Shown piece by piece: positions 12,901 through 24,717 of a DNA stretch of 64,000 nucleotides. Location of the stretch: positions 1,799,876-1,863,875 of the forward strand of contig CAJINV010000006.1 in assembly GCA_905178155.1 (NCBI GenBank), written 5' to 3'. The stretch comes from Amoebophrya sp. A120. Lineage: Eukaryota; Protista; Dinoflagellata. Position 1 is the first letter of the stretch, and each line of letters begins with the position of its first letter. Both the position numbers and the translations under genes were made by a program. The notes below the pieces were generated by a model that saw nothing but the letters and a program-made list of their open reading frames with translations, was not told the origin of the DNA and did no database searches.

Positions 12901-15900
12901 GTTGCGCATCACAAATTTACACTAACAACGTTTTTTTCTTTGATAAGGAACTTCCTGCTCCTCACCCTCGCGCGCGATTTTTATGACCTGCTCAAATCGG
13001 TTACCATCTCAAATCGGTTACCATAGAATCTGGATTTTGTCTTGCATGAACAGCATGAGAAACCAATAGAGGGCTCCGCTTGCTGCAATACAAATTTCGC
13101 CAGATTCTCATGGGGTTTGAAGCTCCGGAACTTCTCATGCGCAATCCTATGGGACTAGACTAGATCATGCACTTCTTGCATCACAAATTTCCATATTCTA
13201 TTGTAGCGTTTCAGATTGTAACACCTGAGCAGGTTATAATTTTTGGGACACGTTTCTCCGCATTCCGGGTATCCGCAGGTGCGAGGTGGCCGAGTACCTG
13301 ACCGCGAAGGAGCTCGTGAAGTTCCTGCCGAACTACTGCGGAACACAGGAGGCGCTGAAACGGTATGAACTGCAAAAGTATCGTACTCGTAGTATTGCAA
13401 CACAAATTACCTCAGCGTGACAAAAAGATTTTATTTGTCATGCTGATTTAGCTAGAAAATGAAATTTGTCTTGCATGACTGCGATTAGTAAGTACGAGTG
13501 CGATGCTTTTGCACAGGATAAACGGCCGGACGGAACAAAACTGTACCTAGACGACACGGACGAGAACAGGCTGGCCCGATTAAAGGATACGCATCGCAAG
13601 AAATATGTCTGGGTCTAGATTTGTGATGCGAAATTTGAAGGACAGCGAGGAGATCTGTAATGCATGAATGCGATGGTCAGGCGGTTTTTTTGTTGTTGTA
13701 CTGTAAGCGAGTTTGTCATGCGTTTTGCAATTGGATCGTGCAAATAAGCCTTGCGAAACTTCTGATGCTGTTATGCCGTACAACACTGGGACACTCGACG
13801 AGTTTCAGCAACACAAATTTGTTCCAGACCCAAAAATATTTCCATTTGATAAAGGAGAAGAACTTTGTAAACGGAGAAATCTGCGAGGAGAAGATGCGAA
13901 TGATCAAAGAGAAGGGACTGGAAAAGGTAAGTACAAGTAGCATTGAAAAGGAACCAGGCCCCGGAGGGGCGAACGAAGGAGATCATGATCATGATGGAAA
14001 AAACACAGTAAAGACATCAAGTGGGCCGCACCTACACGACGTCGAGGGATCCTCGAGCCGGCACCCGGAAGAGATGAATAACGAAGTGGACGAGAACATC
14101 AAGCAAAGCAAAAGACGCAGGCTTTCATCGGATAATATGGAACAAGGTGGACCAACTTTCGTCGACATCCGTTGGACGGAAGCAAAGCTTCTAGCCCGCG
14201 GACACCAAATGGGAGGGAATTCCAATAACCAGGGTGGAGGTGTAACAACTGCTAGAGCTGGAGGTCCGGCGTCATCTGGAAATCCAAATCCACCTGGTGA
14301 TAATGATCATAGTTCCTCTCTTGTTAAAGACAGCACCAACACCAATACCGTCCTTGTGCCCTTCTGCCGCACAACGAAGTCGCTGTATTGCAGCAAGGAA
14401 TCCTGCTTGAAGTTTGCGATTGCGCACGACCCCGAAAAGTGGGAGAATTGCCGCGGTGCGGAAAATAACAACTGGATCGTCTTCGGGCACTGGAACGTCA
14501 TGTACTGCAGTGCGAAATGTTACGAAGACACCCGGCTGACCGTGTCGCGTGCGGAAGGCAGGGCGCAGTGCTGGCGGTACGAAAGAGGCGTTTGTCAGGC
14601 TTGTAGGTTAGACACGGAAAAGTTGCGCGAAGCCTTGGTTCGCAAATTCCGTCCGATGGCTACGTTGACCGATTTGAGTTATCGAAAGCAAAAATCCCCC
14701 CTCCCCATATCAAAACGAAATTTCCGATGCTGGATTTGTGTACACAAATCCGCGCTGTCTTGCTGGAGAGCAATTCAGCCCCATGCCAAGTGTGAGTAGA
14801 GAGGTTTTGCTGGCCTGGGCACTTAGCATGAAAAACATCCGCGCTGTAGGCCCAACAGCATGGCAAACCGCCTGCACAATGCGGCGGTTGTCTGTGGAGT
14901 TGCCTTCTTGCAAGACAGACACGATTTCTGGCCACAAATCAGCATCACAAATTTCCAAAATGGGGAGGGGGAATTTTTCCTTTTGATATGAGTCGCACCT
15001 TCACCGCGGAGGGGCTGTTACAGGGGTGTGTGGACGAGAACGTGGACGAAATAAACAAGGGCAGTGTATTATCAAAAGTAAAAATGTCTGGGTCTGGAAA
15101 CTTGTGATGCTGGGTGGCGTCTCATGATGAGGCTACAAATGCTGGCTCAGCATGACAAGTTTCTGAGCTCCTAGGTGTTGCCTATTCTGCATGACAAACT
15201 GCGCTTCTGCATCACAGAAAAACGGAGCTCTTGAGTAACGTGCATGACAGATTTAAGAGGCGTACCAGACAAGCAAAACAAACGTGAATTCTTCCAGACC
15301 CAGACATTTTTACATTTGATATGTATTTTTCGCGGATGACGGAGGTGGAGATGACAAGTTGGATGAACCAGCAGGAGAAACAGGTGATAAAAGCGACGTT
15401 GACGAAATACAGCTAGATGAAATGGCAACAAAAGCAAAACCAAGAGAAAACGAGACGGAAGCGGAGAGACTGCAACGGGAGTTGGATGAGGAGCTGGGAT
15501 TAGGCGGCAAGGATGATCTTCAGCGCAACGCGAAGAACGACATCAACTCTTCCGCCAGCGGCGCTGCATCAAGCTCTTCCTCTGCTGCGATAGTACAACA
15601 TAACGGCGGAAACAAGCGCGCTGCCGGTGGTACAAACAACAGCAAGGCAAGGCCGAAGAAGAAGCCGAGGCACTTCAAGAAAAAGACGAATCGGGCCGCG
15701 AAAATAAATCCGCATGATTTCTACTGGGATTTAGAGAACGATGATGCGGATCAATATTTCGAAAAGCCCGTACCGGAGGCATGGAACTACAATTTGAGCA
15801 CGATATCGCAGCACGAAAAAAGTGTCACAGTTACACAATTGTTGTGAATTCAGCAACACAAATTTTTTCTGCATGAGAGAAAAAGTTTGCAATGCAGAGA

Positions 15901-18653
15901 ACATAAGGGAAAACACGTTTTGAAATGAGGCTCGCAAGCATTTTGCGCATGACAGAGCGTGTCTCTGTTACTTGGTTTGCAGCACTATGTATAACTGTAA
16001 CACTTTTTTCTTTCCATACACGAAGCAATGGCGACATTACCTAACCGAGGTCATCACCGGCCGTGCGCATCGGTCCGGACTGCTAAATCCCCTGTGGCAG
16101 GCGGACCACGTTTTAGGGGTGATGTTTGGGGGCGGACAGTGCAAGAAGGACAATTTCCAGACCCTCTGCATCTCCTGCCACTATCAAATGCAAAAGTGTC
16201 TGGGTCTGGAAGACCGCAGAAGTTTGTCATGCTGTTTTTCCGTGACACGAAAGTTCTGGCATGGAGGCCCTAGCACCACAGGTCTTGAGAAGTAGGCATC
16301 TCAATGCCTAATCCGCATGACAAGTCCCCTCTTTCGGTGACACAAAGTGGGCCACTTTTGCTGTCCGCGCATGACAGATTCTCGTGTGGTTTGAAATGCG
16401 CATGACAAGTTCGCATCCTTCCAGACCCAGACATATTTGCAATGCATAGCCACGCCAAGAAAACGAAAGAGGAGCAGGCTTTGAGGAAAGAACAGAATCT
16501 AGCCAAGAAAAAAAAGGCTATCAAAAGTAAAAATGTCTAGGTTTGGAAGAATGCGCGATTTGTCATGCAGCTTTTCCATGACCCATGAGGTCTGGAATGC
16601 GAGACCCAGCATGACAGATTCTGTGCGACCTTTCTCATGCCTATCCTGCATGAGAAACTGCCTCCCGACTTGGTCAAAACTGGACGACTTTTGGTAATCA
16701 TGCAACACAGATTTTTGCATGCTGCAGATTTATCATGACAGGTTGCATTCTTCCAGACCCAGACATTTTTACACTTGATAAAGGCGGAAGAGGAACGACG
16801 GGAAAAAAAGCGAGAAGAAAAATTGCGTATCAAATGCGAATTTATATGTCTGGGTTTGGAAGAGTCGGAGTTTGTAATGCTAAATCTGATCGACGCAATT
16901 TTGTGTACTGTTGCATGACCAGGAAAACAAGAAGCTTGTCAAAACTTGTTAAGATGCTAGGGCCCGTACTATTCCAAATCTTCCTGGCCGTGTGCAACCT
17001 GCATGTCAAACCCCGTTCTCTTCCAGACCCGCGGACGTATTTGCAATTGATAATGCGGGAGAAGGAACAAAAGCTAGAGATCGGCGGAAAAAGAGCGGAC
17101 GAGGGCATGGATAGTGCTAGTGCAGCTCCTGTGTTAGTTCAACACGAATTGAAAAACGTCCCCACCACGACAACGTCGACCACTACGAAGCGCGGCCGCG
17201 GTAAGAAAGGCAAAGGGCCGCCGGCGAAAGTGAAAAAAGAAGAACTGGCACAGCAACTACATCAACCAGAACGGAACCAGAAAGAGCAACATGATTCCCG
17301 CGGACACCACCTGCAGCAGCTTCAGCACGACGATACCAGCGTTTTTGGCAGGTTTTTGATGGAACAGCAGAAAAAAGAGGCGGACGAAGCACGGGCTGGA
17401 ACAAGCGGTTTTATTTGCCGTGCGGATGATGAAGATGACGCAGCTGCTTCTGCTTCGGTGCATGAGTATAATGATAATCTTCAACATCATGAGCCGGCAA
17501 CTCATCAGGGAAGCAGTTTAGTACGACCTGCTCAGGGCAGCTACCAAGTAAAGAGCAGCAGTAGCAGCAGCAGCAGCAGTTTTGTCGTAGATCCTGCAGC
17601 TTCCGCCAGACCAGGAAGTCCTGCGGCGCTAGAAAGAAATCCGAACGTCGTGGTACCGCCAACGATGAACAAGCGGAAACGCGATGAAAGACCGGAAGAT
17701 GGTGTTTTGCATGGAGCAGAAAATCACGGTCAGGAGGAGCGGAAGCAAAAGCGAGAACAAGCAGCAGGAGTACAGCGATCTTCTTCGAAGCAGGGACGAG
17801 ATCGTGAGCCTCCTGGAAAAATAAAAGTGGACGCGAGGAAAAACGACGATGGTTCTACTTTTCCAAGTCAACCGTCAAATCCAGATAGCATTTTCGACCG
17901 CTTTCGGAAGTCTACTAAGTCGAACACACCCCCCGAGCAGGAGCGAGCCGCTGATGTGTTGCGTCAAGGCACCAACAAGAAGCTGTCGGCAGCTGCTGGT
18001 GCTGCTAAGGCGAGTAAAGCGACCACAAGACCGTCGCGTATAGAAGTCGCCGAAGACCCCGAAGCAGTTCCAGTTCTTATTAGGGTGCAAAACTTCCCCT
18101 CCTCGTCCTCATTTGTAGTATGGCATGAACATCAGCAGCAGATGAAAATGTAAAAACCAGCTTTCGCACGACATTGTAGTGCTGTGTGGGCGAGGACCAA
18201 AATCTGTCAACATGCAATCAGTGCCAAGAGATAGCATAGATAGTGGGTCAACGTCAAGTAGGTATTTTGCATGACAAATTAGGGGGAGGGAAAGTCCTCG
18301 TGCACCGCCATAGCTCCGTCCACCCGTCGACGAGGTGCTGGGAAAAAAACAACGTCCGAACAAGCGGGACGACCTTCTCACGGCCGTGGTTTACATGTGA
18401 AACAGGACGAAGAACACGAGGTGATTGACTTGATCTCCTCGTCCTCCGACTCTGATAACATCATCGTTATGAGCGATATCCATTGCAAAAGTATCAGTAT
18501 CGTACTATTACAAATTGCATGACAAATTTGGTCAAAACGAGAAACGCAATCTGTCATGCAGATTTAGGTTGGGATGAGCCACACGTGTCATGCGTGGCTG
18601 CGATCAGTTGTACGAGTGCGGTACTTTTGCAGTGGATAAGCGACAGTGAGTAA
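947..18653 (+). CDS. ZRANB3: ZRANB3/SMARCAL1-like SNF2-family annealing helicase with C-terminal HNH endonuclease, ~3,300 codons, split by 29 non-canonical TIR introns; true start uncertain and possibly upstream of the window
   Basis: Removing each element plus 5 nt gives 9969 nt (3323 codons) open from 947 to TAA 18651-18653. Reconstructed motifs: LARYQREGV, AILADDCGLGKS (I), FPVLIICPAS..W (Ia), AIVDEIH (II), LLLSGTP (III), KFIFFTRH (IV), IDGRTP, QCFSRLHRHGQ (VI), YCSAKC..ERGVCQAC and WQADHVLGVMFGGGQCKKDNFQTLCISCH (HNH, as in ZRANB3). Elements: 3083-3393, 3580-3852, 3902-4067, 4760-4906, 5369-5521, 5733-6057, 6104-6252, 6337-6597, 6694-6834, 6871-7050, 7108-8277, 8805-9070, 9712-9870, 9952-10276, 10339-10650, 10812-10960, 11630-11921, 12737-12945, 12982-13238, 13364-13520, 13588-13851, 14680-14988, 15070-15321, 15804-16018, 16182-16448, 16519-16780, 16828-17052, 18078-18312, 18477-18638. 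Possible AG acceptor TCTTTTCAG ending at 969. Confidence 0.9.
7324..8217. mobile_element. Non-autonomous TIR element (~0.9 kb) nested in the family A introner 7108-8277
   Basis: Perfect inverted repeat CATGTGAACCAGTA (7320-7333) / TACTGGTTCACATG (8208-8221). Subterminal repeats TAC.CGAAGGGTACC and CATACGAAAGGA. The host consensus AAACATGCATGA is split at this point. Confidence 0.8.
12982..13238. mobile_element. TIR introner family H
   Basis: TATGACCTGCTCA...TGAGCAGGTTATA, TSD ATTTT. A related copy at 31642-31974 shares the internal CTAGATCATGCAC..CTTGCATCACA. Confidence 0.82.
14680..14988. mobile_element. TIR introner family C (~310-325 bp)
   Basis: TIR TATCGAAAGCAAAAATCCCCCCTCCCCAT...ATGGGGAGGGGGAATTTTTCCTTTTGATA, TSD TGAGT. 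Other copies start at 3083, 5733, 10339, 49249 and 62873. Confidence 0.92.
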
Positions 18654-19619
18654 AAACAAGTCCTGCAGCAGCTTCTTGTGAAACACGACCCAAGGGTTGC
18701 AGTTACAGTGCACGCGCTTCCCGAATTCCATGCAGTACTATCCCTCTGAGAAAATAAATGTTGACAGCACTACGACTTCATCCTTGGTGTATATTTGTTC
18801 AGTTGTTCTGTCCTTCTCCTTGCCCTATTGAAAAGAGTAGACACTATGCGGAAAGTCGGTTGGCAACTTCCTCTTGTCGTCCAAACATGAAATATTGTTA
18901 ATATGACTGCGAGAATTTTACTCGACGTCGTTGAGCAGTACAACTATGACTTCATCTGCATTCTCGGTTTCGCTGCTTCAGACCTGCTTTCCCCGACGTA
19001 TTTTCGTGGTCTGTCGGTCATCATCTTTTGGTTTACTTATTTGGCCCGCAAAATTGAGTGACGTACTATCATCGGTCGTATTTTTCTCTTCGTTCTTCTG
19101 CAGAGCAGTTTTTTCGTACTAGTGCAATTGTAATGCTCATCGGTGTTGGTCGTACCTTGTTGCTTATCGCGGCGCGAACTACCCGTGTATGATCGTATGT
19201 CTTCGTACAACCGGAACCGTGGTAATTATAGTCGTGACAACCTGTAGAACAAGAAAACAAGAAGCAGTAAAAACTTATCTCGTCGGTTCGACGTGCACGT
19301 TGCTCGTACATCAAGTACCTAGAACTACTGGCCGTTGCTCGTCCGGAGTCACAAGTTTCTTGTGACAACTTCCAGCACCAGCGTATGACGTGGAGCGCTG
19401 TATCTCATGCGTCTTTTTCCACAAGCAAACGAATTTGAATTTCTTACAACTCTCAGGAGCTTCAATCGCCAAGCTTTGAATAAACAAAGTTTTCGGTCGA
19501 CGACGCCCCTCTCCTACAACAACTTTTTAAACTCCTTTAAACAAGCATCGAAGAAACTTTTTCCGTTACAACCGCAAACAACTTAAAGAACTTTTTCAAA
19601 AACAAATCACAATTTCCCT

Positions 19620-20350
19620 ACTTACTTACTTCTAACAAAACGATATCAAAGACGACCCAGAACTGCCTACTAACGACCTCCCAGAATTCCTTACTAACGA
19701 CCCCCCAGAATTTTTGCTATAACATAACAAAGACCTCCCAGAAGTACTGCAACGAAACGACCAAGAATTTCTACAACTAAACGACCAACCCGATATCAAA
19801 TGCAAAAGTGTCTGGGTCGGGAAGAGTGGAACTTGTAATGCTGGTGTCTGCGGATAATTCTAAAAGAAAAGTATCTGTGTTGCATGAGCAGCGAGAGGAG
19901 TCCAGTTCTTGGCACGCGCTGAGGGCATTTCTCATGCGTGATAAGTATGAAGAAGCTTTCGAAAAATGTGTGATGCTAGCACCTGCATCACAGACCTCAC
20001 GGGGCATGCAAAAACTGCATGACAAATCTCGCAATCCCCCAGACCCAGACATAGTTGCAATTGATATCCCAAGTACTGCAACTAAACGAACAACCCGAAG
20101 CACTGTAACGAGAAGAACCAGAATCAAGTACGCATCAAGCCGCAAGAGCACTCGAGGAACGAAGCGCATTAAGAGGAGTTTAGGTTTACAACCAAGACGA
20201 AGAGGGAGAACCGCAAGAGGAGTTTACAACCGAGACGAACAAGAAGAGAACCACAGCAGCTGCAACATTTTGCAACCGAGACACGACAGGAAGGTGGAGG
20301 ACAAAAAAACAATATCAAGAAGAAGTAGGTGTTTTTCAACATCAGCCTAA
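19620..20350 (+). pseudogene. Decayed repeat-protein coding remnant
   Basis: 24-30 nt repeats translate as NDLPEFL/NDQEFLQL/NEQPEAL with in-frame TAA stops. Carries a family A element. Confidence 0.35.
19794..20066. mobile_element. Family A element in a decayed repeat-coding region
   Basis: TATCAAATGCAAAAGTGTCTGGGTC...CAGACCCAGACATAGTTGCAATTGATA, imperfect TSD CCCGA/TCCCA. Confidence 0.85.
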
Positions 20351-21368
20351 CGAGACCGGCAGGAGAAGACGAGGTTGGAAAGCCTTCACGTATTTTTCAG
20401 CAGGTATTGGAATTATCGTCGTAGTAAATCGCTGCTCCGACCTACTCTGTGTAAAAAGATAGGCGGAAACAGGGACACAGCGTCCCAGGTGAATGCACTT
20501 CCAGCTGCGTCATCGATCTTTGCACCGCCGGCGCGCTACACTTGCATAGCCGTGTAGGTACTGCATGATGGCGGATTAAAAAAGAATATTAGGAGAAGTC
20601 GCGTCTCCCTACTTTTTCTTCACCCTGTTGCTTTCCCACATCTGTGAAATTTAATGTGAGCAGCTTGATGCGGCATGACCATGGCAGAAAACCCTACATC
20701 ACGATCGAACAACATCACGCACAGGAAAGAGACAAAACAAACTTCAACCGGAATCGCTCCCCGAGCATCAACAACGCCGAAAAGACTGGGGCGACCACGA
20801 CACGTTGCCTGAACCTGAGGACCAGGTAATTACGTTTGATGTACATCGACAGTCGATTCGACATGCTTAACCTTATGCGTAGGTGATTTTGAAAGTAGAG
20901 GAAGCTGCGTTACACGGTTTGTATTTCTTTGTAATGCGAGGAAAAGTTGATGTGAGTGAAACTGTAAGACGTTGCAAAAACGAGCAGAAGAACCTGAGCA
21001 GTCCCGAGTGTTACCGTCCAGCGCCATCGTGAAAGCATGTGGTTTGCCTGGACGCAGGCAAGACCTAGTGCTAATTACTTCATGGACTGTCGATACACTA
21101 TTTATAAGTACCGAAGAAAAATTGCATATTCTCTATCGATCTTTCCAACAGATCAAGACGCTGACCTACCGCTCTACTCCGATTGGAGGTGGATTAGATT
21201 TAGTACGACTTGCACAACACGTCCGTGGCCAAAGAAAAAAATAAAAATACGTTTTTACGGATTTTGTATCTGTGAAGAGATAGTCAATCCTCGCCGCACC
21301 ATTTGCAGCACAACCTTTGCCCAGCCTCGCGGCTTTTCCGAATCCCAAAAAAATCCTCGTGCAAGGGC

Positions 21369-24300
21369 ATGGCGCGCCGTGGGCTGTTTCTCGCGTCGGC
21401 CGGGTGTTTGGCGGTCTTCGGGGCCGAGGCTGTCAACCTGCCTGACAATATCAAGAATGACGCTCAGGGCGGGAAGAAGGCGAACCTGCCGGAAGGTGGG
21501 GAAGGAGGCGCTGTTGCGTCTGCGCCGTCGGTTCCCGGAGGTTTCTCAGAACTGTGGCGGTCCGCGCGATTTGGATATGAGTCCGACCTTGCGGCCTTCT
21601 TCGGCGCGTCTTATGTGTTGAAAGGCGTTGACGATAAACAAGCCAATGGCGGGGAGCTGACACTAAAATTGGCCGGAGGCACGACGAGTAAGTATCCTAG
21701 ACACGCACATTGTCGCAGCTGGCCCGCTCAAGCTTTTTCTTTTTCGGCTTTTTGTTCCTTCCAAACTATCGCAGGAGCAGCCTGCGCTCGCCTTGTTTTT
21801 TTTTTGGCTTCTTTGCGACATTCCCATTCGCAAAAACCCTCATAGACCGTCCTCGCAATGTTGTTTGCCGGCCTGCGTCGGAAGTATCCTGCGGGCATCT
21901 ACCTTACAAGGGGCGGAAGCCTTGCGGTCGTGGGTTTTTAACAAGGCCCCCTGCGGAGTTGCGTGGGGCGTTCCAAAGTTGCGCCGCCCGCGACCCCGCA
22001 CCCCCCCCCGTCTTGTGTGGTGTTTTGCATGAAAGCGTGGTGGCCTCGCAATAAACGCCACCGGCGCCCGGCGCTACGAGGGCCGCCGCCGTCCCACCTT
22101 CCTCGACGTGGCCGGGCCCCTCATCCCATGTTTGGCGCTGCAGCCTGAGGCGGGCCCTCGCGGGCGACAGTACAGAAAGAATTTGGGCCCTCCGCGCTGG
22201 TAGCGTTATTTCCACGCGCTGGGTGAAGGGCGCAATAGGTGCGCCACCCGGTGGGCCGCCAGCCTGGCATGCCCGGCGCGAGCCTGCCCCGCCGCCTTTC
22301 GCCCTCGCAAACCCCTGTGAGTTGCGTGCCACGCACCTGCCCGGGAAGCGAAGTCGCGAAACCAATGGGCCGCTGCAGCGTTTTAAACAAACTAACAAAA
22401 CATCCCAAAAAACTTACAAAGCCGGGCATCGGCTTTAGGAATGGCAGGGGGGGCGCCCGGACGGTGGATGCCCCTGAGCGGCCCTCCGCCGCCTGCCGCC
22501 GGTGGGGGGGGCCAGCCTACGTTCATACCAACTTGGCCAACAATGTTGGCAGCGCGCGTTACACGCGTGGGGACCATTGAAAGGCGCCGGCAGTGCTGTT
22601 TCGAAACGGCCGGCGTCGTGTGGAGCGCGCGCGCCCTATCTCGGCCGGCCCCTTTCTCTGGGCCGGCGGGTGCCCAAGTCGGTGGGGGAGGTGGGCCGGC
22701 CGGCCAGCCTACCTGCCAACCGGACAGAGCCAGGGGGCTTTAACGGGGCTGGCGCCCACTGGTCACAAAAGCAAAATAGAGATCGCAAACACCGAAAGAC
22801 CTAGAAAAGCACGTTGCCCCCTCATCTTCTCCGACCAGCCTCCTCACTCTTGTGTGCGTTCTTGGTATTTCACGCGGCCTGGTCGGCGGGTATCGTTTCT
22901 TTAGAGGTGTGTCTGGCCTGAGTGTGGGGGCTTGGAGAGAAAGGCAAAAACCTACCCCATTGCCGCCCCAGCGCAGCGAACCCACCAACCCGGCGCCCGG
23001 GCATGGCAACCGCCCGGACGCCGGGGGGGTTTGGGAATGTATATGTTGCGTTGGGGCGGTTGGGCGCCCAAAAGTAGCTTGTCAGTCACTGGCCTTCTTG
23101 CTAAAGAATCCAAAAAGCAAAAAACCCACAAGAGCCGCTCTTGTGCGAGGCGTCAGACCTCGTTTCCGCTTTCCCACCCGGGTATCGGAAAAAATTCGCA
23201 CGCGCGCCGTATCGCACCGCGAGGCAGGCCGCCTCACGAGTGGCGCAGAAAACGAATCGGTCTGGTGCAAGACAAAGCCAGCGCCCTCTCCCCTCCAATC
23301 GCCTCGCTTCCAAAACAAAGCAATCGCTAAAGACTGCGCGCCCGGCTGCCGGGCTGTAGCCCTGATTGCCCCCCTTCCGCCGGAGCCAGTGTGGGCCGCT
23401 GTTCGGCGGCCCCCCGGGGCCTGTGCCTCTTCTTTCTTCGCCAGCCGCGTCTACCTGTATGGCCGGAAGGCTAGGCCCCGCCCCGGTCTCGCTCTCGCAG
23501 GGGTTCTGCGGATTTCTTGGTTTTTGCGATCTGTGGCCTGGCATCCCCGGCCCGATCTGGTTGGCTCGCTGAGGAGGCGGTCTCCCCGGGTTGGCAGGCC
23601 GAGTGCTCAAACGAACAGGGCGGCTTACCGGTCGGCCAGCCTGCGTGCCAGCGGGCAGCGAGCGTGGGTGGGTGCCCGCCTGGCAACCTTTGCCCTTTGT
23701 CTCAGCGTCCCAAAAATAAGCGGAAAAGGCTTGAGCGCCTCTGTAGCGGCAGTCAAAATGGCTGCCCGCGATACCCATCACGGCGGGGCAGGAGGAGCAA
23801 CGGGAGGAGAAATCGAGCTAACGGGATTGGCGGCATCAGGCACGGAAGGCCAGCGATTCACCTTTTGGCGAGGAGAAGACCTCCGGGCGTCATTGTATTG
23901 GAACTACGTCATCGGAGACCTCCCACCCGAGTGCAGCGCTGCCGCCCTGGCAGCAAATACTTGCGGCGGAGGCGCCGACGAGGGCGACGCGGGCGCCGCC
24001 GGCCTATGGGATATCGCTGGTGGCTGGATCTTTTTCCTGCAGGTGCCAGTCGAAGGGGAAGCCGCCCGGATGGTCCAGGATGACGCGGTCAGGAAATTGG
24101 AAGAGCCTGGCAAGACCTTCCACTTCGGTAATACCAAGAGGCGCACAGCGTTTAGTGGCCAGGCAACCGAGATCCCGTTCGAGACTAGTGATTTTTACAC
24201 GCCCGTCGAGATCTTTATAACCGACTCCGACAAGAGAAATGCAAATGGCCTGAGCGAGAGTGCCAAACTGTTGCGGACCGCTTTGCTCATTCCAATCAAC

Positions 24301-24717
24301 ACAGTGACCGGGGAAATGGGGTGGGGAGCGCTGCAACGGACTGAGGGAAACGGCAAAGCGCGGGAAGAGTGGGAGAAGAAGCTGCCAGAAGTCTTTCACG
24401 GTGCCAGGAGCCAGCCGGAAGCTGGCCCAGTTTTCGTTGCGAGGCCGGTCGGGGCACCACAGCTAACGACGACCGGGAAGGCCGCTCCACCGCCTTTCAC
24501 GCTGTATGTCTTCACCGATCCAAACGGGGACCGACAGTATGCCGTCACTGATCCAAAACCAAAGGCCCACAACGAATCCATGATCCAAATTGGGACGGCC
24601 CGGCCGGTTCACGCTGAAACCCACCAGGCCGCGCCGGATTCTGATTCTTCGTTTTTGGCAAGGTTTTCGCATGTTTTCAGTTCCGCGGCCGCGGCCGGCT
24701 CGCCGCTGTATGTCTAG
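21369..24717 (+). CDS. Putative secreted protein of unknown function, ~430 aa, two exons (21369-21687 and ~23747-24717)
   Basis: Signal-peptide-like start MARRGLFLASAGCLAVFGAEA. Perfect GTAAGT donor at 21688. Phase-compatible acceptors CTGTAG (23746) or GGCAG (23752) join it in frame to the globular-looking 3' part of ORF 22852-24717 (MAARDTHH...SPLYV). No family recognised. Confidence 0.55.

Noticed and set aside
16095-16460. HNH domain as the introner-mobilising nuclease
   Set aside because: It is the normal C-terminal domain of ZRANB3-type proteins and nothing links it to the elements.
3083-18638. CRISPR-like alternation of repeats and unique spacers
   Set aside because: Repeats are 140-325 bp TIR elements of several families, the spacers are in-frame exons, and no cas genes are present.
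947-18653. Pseudogene destroyed by MITE insertions
   Set aside because: The reconstructed frame stays open for 3323 codons across 29 insertions with recognisable catalytic motifs.
22852-23745. N-terminal half of the 621-aa ORF
   Set aside because: R/P/A-rich, stop-poor GC sequence without an ATG start; more plausibly intron.
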